The notes beneath the pieces are model-generated. The model was not told where the DNA came from and did not search any database. It saw only the letters and a list, made by a program, of their open reading frames with translations. A stretch of 64,000 nucleotides of DNA from a virus, in the IMG/VR virus record IMGVR_UViG_3300028388_005362, positions 29,880 through 93,879 of that record; one strand, given 5' to 3'. This document shows, piece by piece, positions 31,135 through 41,049 of the stretch. The position numbers and the translations under genes are program-made. The stretch's first letter is position 1, and every line of letters begins with the position of its first letter.

Positions 31135-32219
31135 CTATTTCCTCCAATCGATTAATCCAGAAGACTCCAGGAACGCCCGCCATTCTTTTTCGGGTCCAGT
31201 CTTCGTCCTTAGAATCTCGGATGTACAGGTTAACAATAAGTGCAGATTTGCCTTCCTTAAAGCGGATGGCTCTTCCGATACGCTGGATTCCCTGGCGTTT
31301 GGTCGAGTTACCGCTACAAATCACCGCAAGCTCAATTCCTTCCACGTTGAAGCCTTCATCGAGGGCTTTGGCGGAAGAGATCACACGAACCTTGGTTCTT
31401 TTGTCCTTGAATCGCTCCAGGTTTGCCAGGCGTTGTTTCTTGGGAATCTTACTGTGGAATCCCACAGCCCTTTCTGGGATGTTCGTTGAGAATCTTCTTG
31501 CGCTGTTGCATGGTACGGGCAAAGTTGATCGCAGCCACTTGTATCTCCTGAGGCGTCATGTCCCACTCATCGGCGACGGTCTGGCGAAGCAGAGGGTCAC
31601 TCAGAGCAGCCATAGCCCGGCGGAAGTCATGGTTGAAGAAACGGAAATTATAGATGAATCTTCGATTGAGGCCCTTGTAGGCTTCTCTTTCGTCCTCTTC
31701 CATATCCAAGGGAATGTTGTAGATCCTAAAATCTGACACATACCCCTCTTCCCGTGCCTCCTTCATGCCCAGAGTGTAGATAACAGGAGCACGATCGGTA
31801 ATCAAATCGTGTTTGCCATCCTCTCTTTCCAGTGTGGCTGTTAGCCCCAGGATGAAGTGATATTTTACAGCACTAAAGACCCGACGAAACTGCTCGGCTG
31901 CATAGCGGTGGACTTCGTCCAAAATAAGCAGGTGAATGTCATATTGGTTGCGAATCACCGTATTGATGACCACAACCGTGACATTCTTGAGCTTGTGCGT
32001 CTTTATTTCCGCCTCCCACTGACTCTTTAGTACCAGTGTTGGTACCACTATCATGGTGGTGCGGTCGGGGTGACGCTCGTTCATGTCTTTAATGATGAGA
32101 ATTCCAATGAAGGATTTTCCGAAGCCGGTCACAGCAGAGACAGTCCCTTTTGCGCCGGCCTGTATCCAATCGGCGATGATTGCCTTTTGCTTCTTCAGCT
32201 TCTTCTGATTGATTTTCAT
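31064..32219 (-). pseudogene. SF2 (DExH) helicase split into two frames near 31470-31480
   Basis: 31449-32219 has AVTGFGKS, DEVH, GLTAT. 31064-31522 has KALDEGFN and QRIGRAIR. Motif IV region appears absent. Confidence 0.75.
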
Positions 32220-32794
32220 TTTAAGAAGGGTTCTATTACTTCGTTGAACCGCTTGTAGTGCGGAGAGTCTTCTACTTCAGATGTCAGAATGCGGTCGTAG
32301 GCATCCATCAGGTTGTCATACTCCTTACCTTTGTATGTAAAGGGACCTTCTTCGTCCGAATCGTACTCTCCTTTGGCTTCAAGCTGTTCTAAGAAGTTTT
32401 CTAACTCACTTATCTGGTCTTCGATACCAACGGTCACCAAAGTGTCCTCAAAGATGTACCGGGCGTCATATATGCCCATACCCAACTCCTCTTGTTCGGC
32501 GTAAACACCTGAGAGCTGGTAGGTATCGTAGATGAGCCGGAGCAATTCATCGTCCAGTGCCCAGTCCACAGAGAAGTTGACCTGCAGGTAGGTCTTGGTG
32601 TGAGACTCTTCGTACACATAGACTTCGTAGATGCCCCTGTATTCCAGATCTTCCTGTTTGGTGCGCTCCAGGTGGAAATACCTATCCTGGCTGTCCTGCT
32701 GTTTGCGCTCTATGTCAGCGAAGTCTTTGTAAGCAGCGGCTATTTTTCCAGGTCCCCCGTACATCTGAAGGAAAACCGCGCAATGATTAGCCAT
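32216..32794 (-). CDS. Hypothetical acidic protein
   Basis: 192-aa ORF in operon. Confidence 0.6.
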   Translation of the reverse strand: MANHCAVFLQMYGGPGKIAAAYKDFADIERKQQDSQDRYFHLERTKQEDLEYRGIYEVYVYEESHTKTYLQVNFSVDWALDDELLRLIYDTYQLSGVYAEQEELGMGIYDARYIFEDTLVTVGIEDQISELENFLEQLEAKGEYDSDEEGPFTYKGKEYDNLMDAYDRILTSEVEDSPHYKRFNEVIEPFLK

Positions 32795-33584
32795 CGGTCA
32801 CCTCAGCTTCCTCTACCGGCTCGATTTGGCGAATCACACCTCCTACATTGGTCCATCCCATCTCCGAGAGGATCTGGTTGTGTACCTTCAGGTGTCCGCC
32901 ACTGTATTCTCCCGGTGGGTTGTACTTGAGCAGTTCAGTGAATTGGTTATACACATTCCACACGTTAAAGGTGCGGGGCTCCTTGGGGTCTAATGCCCAG
33001 TTCTTGTCTGTATGAAGATTTCTGCGAAGCATTTCCAGCTGAAGTGTATTCAGCAGGCGCTCCTCCATATAGAACTTACCAGCCAGTTTGTGGACCAGTT
33101 CCATATCCACGCGGGTCTCCATCATCTTCTGACGGGACTCTTCCAGGTTATTCAGGTACTTATCAGCACCAGCGAATATCTTGTCGAGCAGTTTGGTCAG
33201 CTGATCGATGACTTTACCGGTGTGCATGTGAGAGCCTCCGGCGAACTGACGCTCGGTCACCATTCCGTTGGAGCAGGCAAGCACCAAACCCATCAAACCG
33301 ATGGAGAGCTTACGGGTTTTGTCGTAGGAATTGGTGAAGTTGACAGACAGGTTGAGTGGTCCGGGCTTTTCTTCGCGTCCGATCATGGTCACACCGGTTA
33401 CCACTTTGAGTTGGTTGGTTCCCATATATCCGGAACCATAAACACGGAATCCTTCATCCTGGGCTCTCTGCCTGATTTGTTGGATGATGGTTTTGTTGGG
33501 TACGGGAACATAGGTCTCCGTAGCCTGTGGGAGTGGGACTTCAATAACGTCCGACTCCCTGACGTTGTACTTCTTTAGTGCCAT
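32787..33584 (-). CDS. DUF932-like protein
   Basis: TETYVPVPN, NSYDKT, LACSNGM, WNVYNQFTE. Confidence 0.7.
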   Translation of the reverse strand: MALKKYNVRESDVIEVPLPQATETYVPVPNKTIIQQIRQRAQDEGFRVYGSGYMGTNQLKVVTGVTMIGREEKPGPLNLSVNFTNSYDKTRKLSIGLMGLVLACSNGMVTERQFAGGSHMHTGKVIDQLTKLLDKIFAGADKYLNNLEESRQKMMETRVDMELVHKLAGKFYMEERLLNTLQLEMLRRNLHTDKNWALDPKEPRTFNVWNVYNQFTELLKYNPPGEYSGGHLKVHNQILSEMGWTNVGGVIRQIEPVEEAEVTDG

Positions 33585-33903
33585 CGTTTAACGATTTGCG
33601 GGATTGTTCAATAAAATATTGCGTAGCGTATACTGCGTGGATGTTGGTGCCTCCAACGTTCCAGTTACGCATCATGTGTTTGGGGACTCGGCTATTCCAG
33701 TCGTATATGGTGAATACGACAGAATTTCCGTTTTCGTCCAGACATTTGCCTTGCCAGTGCCAGCGAAATTTGTAATCGATTTCTTCTGCGGGTTCGCCGA
33801 AAATAGCAATGAGTTCATCGTAGGTGACATCGTATAGATGCCCTTTGAAAGAAGTAGGGGTAATGAATACATCACGCCCGGCTTCTAAGTCTGTGAAAAT
33901 CAT
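33541..33903 (-). CDS. Hypothetical protein
   Basis: TSFKG..VTYDEL..FGEP, FTIYDW, WNVGG pattern seen in phage proteins. Confidence 0.6.
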   Translation of the reverse strand: MIFTDLEAGRDVFITPTSFKGHLYDVTYDELIAIFGEPAEEIDYKFRWHWQGKCLDENGNSVVFTIYDWNSRVPKHMMRNWNVGGTNIHAVYATQYFIEQSRKSLNDGTKEVQRQGVGRY

Positions 33904-34286
33904 TTGAGTGATTCTAAAGGATACGAGACTGATTCCTTCAGGTCGTCTTCTTTGTAGTCATCTATGACTAAAACAATAACACAGTCCTGAACCAGTCCGT
34001 TCTTGTAGTAGGTTACACTCAGATTCTCTTCTGAGGTACCATCACTGTCCATATTATCCCATAACTTAAAGACTACTCCCGGATATTCAAGGGATTGCTT
34101 CAGCATGAACTTTTCCCAATAGGCAAAGGTATTGTAGTAGGAAAAGCCCGTCCCGTGATTGATAATATCAGAATCAGGCATGTGTTCTTCTTCCAGGGAT
34201 TTGATAACCTCTTGGATAATCATTTCGCTGGGCATCTCCGTAGGATTCTCCTGTATGGAGATTTCTGTGTAAGAATAAGTTCTCAT
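33900..34286 (-). CDS. Hypothetical protein
   Basis: 128-aa ORF, coupled. Confidence 0.55.
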   Translation of the reverse strand: MRTYSYTEISIQENPTEMPSEMIIQEVIKSLEEEHMPDSDIINHGTGFSYYNTFAYWEKFMLKQSLEYPGVVFKLWDNMDSDGTSEENLSVTYYKNGLVQDCVIVLVIDDYKEDDLKESVSYPLESLK

Positions 34287-34486
34287 GTCTTGTCGGGTAT
34301 AATTCTCAATTGATGTGTGTGAACACTGAAATGTTCTGCATTGAATCCACTTTCAAAATCTTCAGAAGATTCATAAATAACACCACCTTTAAGTTTTGCT
34401 AAGCCTTCAAACGCTTCATCGCTTAGATTTGAAGGGTCATCCACTGATCCATTAAGGGTGTCCCAATTAAATAGTAAGTATCTCAT
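34283..34486 (-). CDS. Small hypothetical protein
   Basis: ATG preceded by AAGGAG. Confidence 0.5.
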   Translation of the reverse strand: MRYLLFNWDTLNGSVDDPSNLSDEAFEGLAKLKGGVIYESSEDFESGFNAEHFSVHTHQLRIIPDKT

Positions 34487-34487
34487 A

Positions 34488-34958
34488 TCACTCTCCTTTC
34501 TTGGTGGGGGTGTTAAAGGCATCAAACAACTCATTAAAGGAATAGTAAACGGGAATGTTTAAATGCTTAGCGAGACTTACCTCGCCATCAGCGCCGCTAC
34601 TTTTACCATCAAGTCTCAATACACAATCACAAACTTGAACCCATTCCAAATCAATATTAATCCAATCTTGGTACGGTCTTGGGTGCGCCATGTGCTGAAA
34701 ATGGCTGTATAAAGGTGCAAATGGAGCAAAGCCTTTGTCCATTAATTTATCTACGGCATCTAATTGCCTTTTGACATTTACAGCTACATCTCCTAATGTG
34801 TAAGGGCTTGCTATATAAACCCTAATCATTCTCTCCCCCTCACTCGGTTGGGTGAGTTTGGATTCGAGCCATTGAGCATACCAGTCATCTATATTCCATT
34901 CATTTATAACGTTTCCCGTTTCCTCCTCATAGAGTTGTCTTAATTCTTCTGCTTTCAT
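34488..34958 (-). CDS. DUF4406 / nucleoside 2-deoxyribosyltransferase-like protein with short N-terminal module
   Basis: VYIASPYT, CDCVLRL, SSGADGE. Confidence 0.7.
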   Translation of the reverse strand: MKAEELRQLYEEETGNVINEWNIDDWYAQWLESKLTQPSEGERMIRVYIASPYTLGDVAVNVKRQLDAVDKLMDKGFAPFAPLYSHFQHMAHPRPYQDWINIDLEWVQVCDCVLRLDGKSSGADGEVSLAKHLNIPVYYSFNELFDAFNTPTKKGE

Positions 34959-35215
34959 TTCTCGCTCCTTTCTTTAAACCATTTTAGGAAGTTGTTGACT
35001 GTTAATATATCTTGTAGTTGATAATGACCTTGTTCAAGCTCATCTACCGTAGCATTCTCACGTGCTGTAGCAACCCACTCCTCCACATCCTTTTCAGTAG
35101 GTAAACTTGCTTCTAAATGACAGATGTAGGTATCCAGGTCAACCCTATATTGTCTTTCGTCGAAATCTCTTGTACCTGTCCAATACTTATCATCACTTCT
35201 TTTTGGTCTTTTCAT
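34955..35215 (-). CDS. Hypothetical protein
   Basis: 86-aa ORF flanked by 20-bp direct repeats. Confidence 0.55.
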   Translation of the reverse strand: MKRPKRSDDKYWTGTRDFDERQYRVDLDTYICHLEASLPTEKDVEEWVATARENATVDELEQGHYQLQDILTVNNFLKWFKERSEK

Positions 35216-35248
35216 TTCTCACTCCTTTCGTTTAGGTAGGTATAAATT

Positions 35249-35276
35249 AGGGGGTAGAGTTGCTTTTCTACCCCCT
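35249..35276 (-). terminator. Hairpin
   Basis: AGGGGGTAGA/TCTACCCCCT. Confidence 0.55.
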
Positions 35277-35287
35277 GAATAATAGAC

Positions 35288-35857
35288 TTATTCAGCCAAG
35301 CTCGCAATCCTTGTGTGAGCAATTTCCTGCCCTTGTTTCAGGGCAATTGTACGGTCATAGTCATACCCGTTGAAACTTCCATCACTGGATTCGCTGTGCA
35401 GTAAACTGAAAAAGGCCATGTCGCCCCTCATGTTGATACCGGTACAGCCATATCTGCGGGTTGTTTCGTCGGGCATATCCATTTGAATGATGTCTCCAAT
35501 ACACCACCTTTCAGGGAATCCGTTTTCCATCATATCCCTTACTTTGGGCCGATCCTCTTCAGGAACGAACTCTTTGAGGATCATAATGGCCTTATGGACT
35601 TCATTCAAAATGAATGGTTCTGCATTTGCATCCTCTAAGGTTTTACGTCCTTCTTTTAGTGAAAGAATAGCATTTACCAAGGAATCATTTTTTCTTGTGG
35701 CTTCGGAGTTGTGTAGTCTGTGTAGACCGACCTCAATTCTTACAAGGGCTTCATGCTGTTGTTTTGTCGGCCCTGTGTAGTTTTGAGCTTCCCTGACGAG
35801 TTTTTTGACAAACTCAGTCCTTGTGGGGTTAAATAAATCTAAACTGTTTTCAATCAT
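35288..35857 (-). CDS. Hypothetical protein
   Basis: 189-aa ORF. Confidence 0.55.
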   Translation of the reverse strand: MIENSLDLFNPTRTEFVKKLVREAQNYTGPTKQQHEALVRIEVGLHRLHNSEATRKNDSLVNAILSLKEGRKTLEDANAEPFILNEVHKAIMILKEFVPEEDRPKVRDMMENGFPERWCIGDIIQMDMPDETTRRYGCTGINMRGDMAFFSLLHSESSDGSFNGYDYDRTIALKQGQEIAHTRIASLAE

Positions 35858-35909
35858 TTTTAAATAGTGTTTAGTTAGATATTTTATTTATCACCTTTCA
35901 ATTTCTTTG

Positions 35910-36560
35910 CTATTGTTGGTTACAAAATTCAAGTAGTTCAATTAGTTTAATTGCCTGTGCCCGTAAGCCAACAAGAGTAGCGTTGTAAACCTCCAAGTCA
36001 GCATCCAAGTCGCTTATATAGGCTTCTGATTCATGAGGATCTGATGGAGACTCCATTCCCTTGCGCGTAATACGAACAAGGATGCCTCCCTTATCCTTTA
36101 TAGCATCAACCTCATTAGGGAAACGGGTATCAGAAATGATCCATCTGTCCTTATCCTTGTACTCTGCCATCAGAGAATTAACCCAGGCGTTTTGGTGAAC
36201 CGCTTTACGAATACCTTCAGTTCCCAGCTTTTGTAGGAACTCCCGGTAAGTCATTGGTTTACCATCTATATTCCACTCCGGTGGCAGCTGTTGGTCTCTG
36301 AACGCTTGGTCGTTCTCCCAACGTTCGGCAAAGTCAGGCATTCCTAAAAGGATTCCTGCTATTTCTTTGACCTTGCCGGCCCATTTGTGGTTCTCCCATT
36401 GACCTATACGATCATGGTTAGATGTTAAGTTTTTAAGAGTGTCGAAAAAAACTACATCTTCAACTTCCATTTTATGGCGGTCATACTTAAGCTGAAGCAT
36501 CAGGATGTGGGCAAAGGTGTCCTTGCCGGACCCCTTATACCCTATTAGTCCTATAATCAT
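35910..36560 (-). CDS. Deoxynucleoside monophosphate kinase
   Basis: GYKGSGKDT, REFLQKLGTE, ISDTRFPNE, HESE. Confidence 0.88.
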   Translation of the reverse strand: MIIGLIGYKGSGKDTFAHILMLQLKYDRHKMEVEDVVFFDTLKNLTSNHDRIGQWENHKWAGKVKEIAGILLGMPDFAERWENDQAFRDQQLPPEWNIDGKPMTYREFLQKLGTEGIRKAVHQNAWVNSLMAEYKDKDRWIISDTRFPNEVDAIKDKGGILVRITRKGMESPSDPHESEAYISDLDADLEVYNATLVGLRAQAIKLIELLEFCNQQ

Positions 36561-36931
36561 TTGATTTCTGTTTGGCGTTTTGTTCTTCCTACCAAGTGAA
36601 AAGCATTCCTGCTGTATGTTTCTGCATGCTGTATAGCATTGATTACAGCTTCCGACGCACTGAGATAAGATTTGTTTTCGTCCCAGTCAAAGGGAGGATC
36701 TCCAAAATTATCCGAAAGTACGCGAGCGGTATAGGTAGATTCGTGGTCATCAAACTCCAGAACAGTCACCTGAACAGTGCCCAGACGAGCAGCAACACGC
36801 CAATACCCGTCAAACCAAACATGAGCCGTCCAGTCTCCACCTACAGCCTTTTTCAGCTCCTGTGCCATGCTCATAGCGTGCTCTTTTGCTGTGGATTCAC
36901 CGGGGTGAGCATTAATATTATACCTTATCAT
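36557..36931 (-). CDS. Hypothetical protein
   Basis: 124-aa ORF. Confidence 0.55.
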   Translation of the reverse strand: MIRYNINAHPGESTAKEHAMSMAQELKKAVGGDWTAHVWFDGYWRVAARLGTVQVTVLEFDDHESTYTARVLSDNFGDPPFDWDENKSYLSASEAVINAIQHAETYSRNAFHLVGRTKRQTEIK

Positions 36932-37227
36932 TAGTTTCCGTTTTTATAAATTGGATCTGTATTTCTCTGCCCATTTTTGTCAACGATGTCCTTAACCACC
37001 TCAATTGTGGAAAACCCACCATTTTGTTCTGGGGATAAATACGAATCAGTCTCTTCCAAAGACTCGAATACGGGGATATACCCCTCATCTTCAATAAACT
37101 CAAATAGGGAAGTACCGGATGTTATCTCGTTAGAGGAAATCTTCTCCAGTATTTCTTTTTGAAGTTCTTCAGGAAGGTTTTCTAAAGGGAATTTCTCCCA
37201 ACGACTGAGCTTAAAATGTACTTCCAT
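36931..37227 (-). CDS. Hypothetical protein (paralog of 37227-37502)
   Basis: Shared KI....IT.G..L.EFIE and P.QN.G.ST. Confidence 0.6.
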   Translation of the reverse strand: MEVHFKLSRWEKFPLENLPEELQKEILEKISSNEITSGTSLFEFIEDEGYIPVFESLEETDSYLSPEQNGGFSTIEVVKDIVDKNGQRNTDPIYKNGN

Positions 37228-37502
37228 TATGATTCTCCGTTTTGAAATACTACTTGCAAAGAATTGGATTTTTGCACCAGGAAGGTGGAGTTTCCAAAAT
37301 TCTGGTCGGGGTTTATATACTCAGAATGGTTGGCAAAACCGTAAATGGGCCTATCGTAGTTCTCTTCGATGAACTCCGCCAATTCATTCCCGTCGGTTAT
37401 AACGCCCGCTTTGATTTTTGCAAGTACTTCCTCTCTTTGCTTCTCAGTGAGTTTCGAGAGGTCATACTGCTCTTCTACGAGGTAAAATGCTGTGACTATC
37501 AT
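37227..37502 (-). CDS. Hypothetical protein (paralog of 36931-37227)
   Basis: Shared KI....IT.G..L.EFIE and P.QN.G.ST. Confidence 0.6.
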   Translation of the reverse strand: MIVTAFYLVEEQYDLSKLTEKQREEVLAKIKAGVITDGNELAEFIEENYDRPIYGFANHSEYINPDQNFGNSTFLVQKSNSLQVVFQNGES

Positions 37503-38626
37503 AAACTTAAAATTTTGGAAAGGAAACCTCTTCTCCTGTTTGGTTCGGCAACTTCCTTTTCCACATGTATGGTAGTTGTGCATGGGAACTTGACTCCCAG
37601 AGAATCCATCTTCTGTGCTACTTCATTGACAGTAATGTCTCTTTCTTGGAAGTAATTTATCACAGTGGATTGCTCCATGTTAGACTCTACCATGGTAATC
37701 AAATCGTATTCCATAGCTTCTGTCCATTTACTTACAGGGGTCAATTCAACAGGGGGAAGCTGTTCAAAGAGCTCTTGCTCAACAACTTCTTTTGTTTCAT
37801 TGTCTCTCTTGTAAGGAATGCCTTTTTCAACAGAATATCCTTCTACATTAAGTTTAGCCTTTATAGCACCTTCTGTACGGTCAGGGAATATTTCAGCAAG
37901 TCTATCTACCGTAACTCCCAAATCTGCATACGCCTTTAAAGATTTTATATCTTCTGCTGCCCATTTAGAACCGCTGGATTTTGGCGAGCAAAGCGCCAGG
38001 TCTTTTTTAGAGGCAGATACCTCAGGTGTAGGATTATTGCCTGTTGCATGCCCGTAGTAAAGGGAATACAATAGAATTTCCTTCACCATTCGGTTGTTTA
38101 TCTCATAAGACCCCCATTTATACGCACTAAACTGCTTTTCTACAATCCCAAGGTTGATCGCAGCACGCAAGGTCCGTTTAATGATACTTTTATGTATACC
38201 CATTTGTTGGTATAGATAGTCAACAGAACACCTTCCCGGCGCTTCTTTTACCGCCAACAACAGGGAATGTGCTTGTTTCTCACGTTTCTCCTTAGACTTC
38301 ACTAAAGGATAATCAGCTAATGTGCTGAGTTTGCCTCTATATACTTTAAGAGGGGCTTCTTCCTCTTTAGGAGGCGTTGGCTCCTGCAGACCGTAGAAAT
38401 AAGCATTTACCTTATTGTTGTCAAGGTCAATGGGCTTTAAATACAGTTCCCCATCTTTATTACGCAATAATATTTGCATCTTCATTAAAATGCCCTTCAA
38501 TTTTTCGTAGTCATAGCCATATTTAATGGTATGCTTTTCAAGGGAATTCTCCGTAAACTTATTGCCTGAAAAAGTATTAAATACTCCGGGGATGAATTCG
38601 GACAAAGGAACGATTGCTGTGCTCAT
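37499..38626 (-). CDS. Putative DNA-binding protein with wHTH and Myb/SANT-like segments
   Basis: KWAAEDIKSL..DRLAEIFPDRTEGAIKAKL and KWTEAMEYDL. Confidence 0.5.
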   Translation of the reverse strand: MSTAIVPLSEFIPGVFNTFSGNKFTENSLEKHTIKYGYDYEKLKGILMKMQILLRNKDGELYLKPIDLDNNKVNAYFYGLQEPTPPKEEEAPLKVYRGKLSTLADYPLVKSKEKREKQAHSLLLAVKEAPGRCSVDYLYQQMGIHKSIIKRTLRAAINLGIVEKQFSAYKWGSYEINNRMVKEILLYSLYYGHATGNNPTPEVSASKKDLALCSPKSSGSKWAAEDIKSLKAYADLGVTVDRLAEIFPDRTEGAIKAKLNVEGYSVEKGIPYKRDNETKEVVEQELFEQLPPVELTPVSKWTEAMEYDLITMVESNMEQSTVINYFQERDITVNEVAQKMDSLGVKFPCTTTIHVEKEVAEPNRRRGFLSKILSL

Positions 38627-38985
38627 AAACTTAGTTTTTGAATGGATTCTTCTAATGCTTCTTTAACTTGCCGTATCGCATCAATGCGCTGGGAGAGACT
38701 CTCGATGTAGTTGGAAATCTCGTCCGGGTCATTGGATACGTAATATCCGTTGGCAGTAGCCAAAAGATTGGGTACCACACCCGTAGTCCGGATGTGGTTG
38801 ATTATCTTTCTCACACGTGCACCTCCGAGCTTGATGCCCTTCTTTTTGAAGTGTTCAGTGATCTGATTTGCCGTGATGGCATTGTCCTTGCCCACCCGCG
38901 ATGAAAGCGAGCGAACAAAGACACGGACATACTTTTTCTCGATTCCCGATAAGGGAGCCGTTTCTTTTTCAAATCCGTTTATCAT
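38623..38985 (-). CDS. Winged-helix protein
   Basis: GKDNAIT..I, RVRKIINHIR, NGYY. Confidence 0.6.
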   Translation of the reverse strand: MINGFEKETAPLSGIEKKYVRVFVRSLSSRVGKDNAITANQITEHFKKKGIKLGGARVRKIINHIRTTGVVPNLLATANGYYVSNDPDEISNYIESLSQRIDAIRQVKEALEESIQKLSL

Positions 38986-38991
38986 GGGATG

Positions 38992-40986
38992 TTACTTTTT
39001 CCAGTGCTCACATATCTCGGCTTCAGCCTTCAGCAGACCGGAAGGAATGATGGCAAGAGCAGCCTCTTCCATTTTACGGACAAGGATCTCTTTCCATTCC
39101 AACGCGAAATCTTTGTGACAGATAGTGTCAATCTGGTCGTGGACCATCATGACCATGAATACTGGGTAGTTATTACGAATGATTTCATGTCGGAGCTTAC
39201 CGACAGCATATTTGGTCATGTCTGCTCCTGAACCCTGGATATGGGTGTTCTTGCTCTGGCGTTCTATCTCGCCTCTGACCTTACCTTCGAACCGGTTATA
39301 CCAATTTTTGAACCAACGAATGCGACCAAAGGGAGGCATGGTTCGAATATAACCGCTGGTCATGCCGTACTCGGCAGAGCGTTCCAGGGAATCTTTAATC
39401 TTTGGAAAAGCATTGAAATACTGCTCGATGAGTTCTTCAGCCTCTTCCAGGGAAATTCCCAGGGCGTCATGCAGCTTGTGGGCTGACATACCGTAGGCAA
39501 GACCGAAGTTGATGGTCTTCACACCGGTTCGAAGCGACTTATGCTTTTTGCATTTACACTTCTTCTTGGCGAGGGTTTCCACCAGTACTCCACCTTCTTG
39601 CTCTGTTGTGTGCTCATAGAACGCACAATCGTCCTCGGCAGCCTCTTTCCACTTGTCGCCATAGACCAGGGCGGCAGCTACCGAGTGAAGGTCTTGTCCT
39701 TTTCGGAGTGCTTCCAACCAAACAGGGTCCTGGCTGTCGTGTGCGATCAGTGCCAGCTCCTGAGATGAGTAATCCGCAGAGACGAAAACGTAGTCCTCGT
39801 ATCCGGGTTCAAAACAGGCACGATAGGCATTGATGTCCCCGTGCACTTCAGCTACGGTTTCTTTAGCTGGAACCTGTTGAAGGTTGGGGTCTCGCGAAGA
39901 TACTCTGCCGGTGGAGACAATCAGGTTGAAGTCTGTTCTGACCCTTCCATCTGAATCTACATGCTTGAAGTAATCCAGCCCGTAGGTAGTCACCATCTTG
40001 CGGTATTCTCCGCTTTTGAGGTACATGGAGATAATGGGATGTCTCCATTTGTGGGGAGTCAACTCATCTACACCAACACCTTCCAATTCAGGAACGACCT
40101 TGCGCATGACCTTGAGTACTTGGGCAACGGAAGACCACGAGACTTCTACCTTTCGAAGCTGCTCATACGGAGTGAACATATCTGTCTGAGTGGCACGGGC
40201 ACGGAAGTCTGCGAACAGATCGTCTGTCATGACGATTTCATCCAGCTTGGCATTCATCTTGTCAACCATGGGCTTGGCTGTCTCATACAGCTTGGTCCAT
40301 TTTTCTTTGTTGAGGTGCATGCCCCTGAATTCCATCTCTGCGGCACCCAGTGTCCCTTCGTTCTCAATCTTCATCACATTGGACAGCCCGTGAACACGAG
40401 CCTGCTGGACTTGGATATTGAACAGGTCAATGAGTTTGTTTACATCGCCCGCAGCGTATCGGATTTCTCCGAGTGTGAACGGACCAGAGGTCTTACCGAT
40501 GAAGGTATTTCTCTGGGTCTTATCCATATCGATGTCGAATCTACGCTTGAGCACTTCAGCCAGGGAGTTGCCCGGCTGTTTCTTAGGCTTCTGTTTGAGT
40601 TTGCCCAGAACATCGCTCAGATGCTTTCCTTTGGTGAGGATCTCTTCACCTAAGAAGGTACAGTGAACGTTATTGATGGGAATTCCGTTTTTGAGCAGGA
40701 ATTTGGCATCAAACTTCATGTTGTGAGCTATCTTGGTTATATCCGGGCTGTTGAAGACATCGAATAAGAATAGGGGAGAATAGCTCAGACAATCCAGAAC
40801 GAACTGGTCTTTTTCATCTCCCAGTATGAGAAGAAGCAGCTTATTGTCCAGTGGACTAAGACCTGAGGTCTCTGTATCGAAGCCCAATACGCTGTGTTTG
40901 TTTGCGAAATTGAGCATCTCATCCGGAGTGGCGCTTAGCACCCCGTCACCCTCAATGAAGGTCTGATTGCTTACAAAATGTATCAT
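38992..40986 (-). CDS. polA: Family A DNA polymerase with 3'-5' exonuclease
   Basis: DTETSG, HNMKFD, YAAGD; TGRVSSRDPNLQQ, ADYSSQEL, R...KTINFGLAYG, VHDQI. Confidence 0.95.
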   Translation of the reverse strand: MIHFVSNQTFIEGDGVLSATPDEMLNFANKHSVLGFDTETSGLSPLDNKLLLLILGDEKDQFVLDCLSYSPLFLFDVFNSPDITKIAHNMKFDAKFLLKNGIPINNVHCTFLGEEILTKGKHLSDVLGKLKQKPKKQPGNSLAEVLKRRFDIDMDKTQRNTFIGKTSGPFTLGEIRYAAGDVNKLIDLFNIQVQQARVHGLSNVMKIENEGTLGAAEMEFRGMHLNKEKWTKLYETAKPMVDKMNAKLDEIVMTDDLFADFRARATQTDMFTPYEQLRKVEVSWSSVAQVLKVMRKVVPELEGVGVDELTPHKWRHPIISMYLKSGEYRKMVTTYGLDYFKHVDSDGRVRTDFNLIVSTGRVSSRDPNLQQVPAKETVAEVHGDINAYRACFEPGYEDYVFVSADYSSQELALIAHDSQDPVWLEALRKGQDLHSVAAALVYGDKWKEAAEDDCAFYEHTTEQEGGVLVETLAKKKCKCKKHKSLRTGVKTINFGLAYGMSAHKLHDALGISLEEAEELIEQYFNAFPKIKDSLERSAEYGMTSGYIRTMPPFGRIRWFKNWYNRFEGKVRGEIERQSKNTHIQGSGADMTKYAVGKLRHEIIRNNYPVFMVMMVHDQIDTICHKDFALEWKEILVRKMEEAALAIIPSGLLKAEAEICEHWKK

Positions 40987-41005
40987 GGGAAAAGGATTTA
41001 AAAGA

Positions 41006-41039
41006 GTCCGGGGGAGAAATCCTCGAAAAACCCCCGGAC
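41006..41039 (-). terminator. Hairpin plus U-tract upstream of polA
   Basis: GTCCGGGGG/CCCCCGGAC followed by TCTTTT on the - strand. Confidence 0.55.
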
Positions 41040-41049
41040 ATAATTACAC

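Noticed and set aside
38992-40986. Intein or intron in PolA or vRNAP
   Set aside because: Motifs are contiguous; no intein termini or homing-endonuclease motifs were seen.
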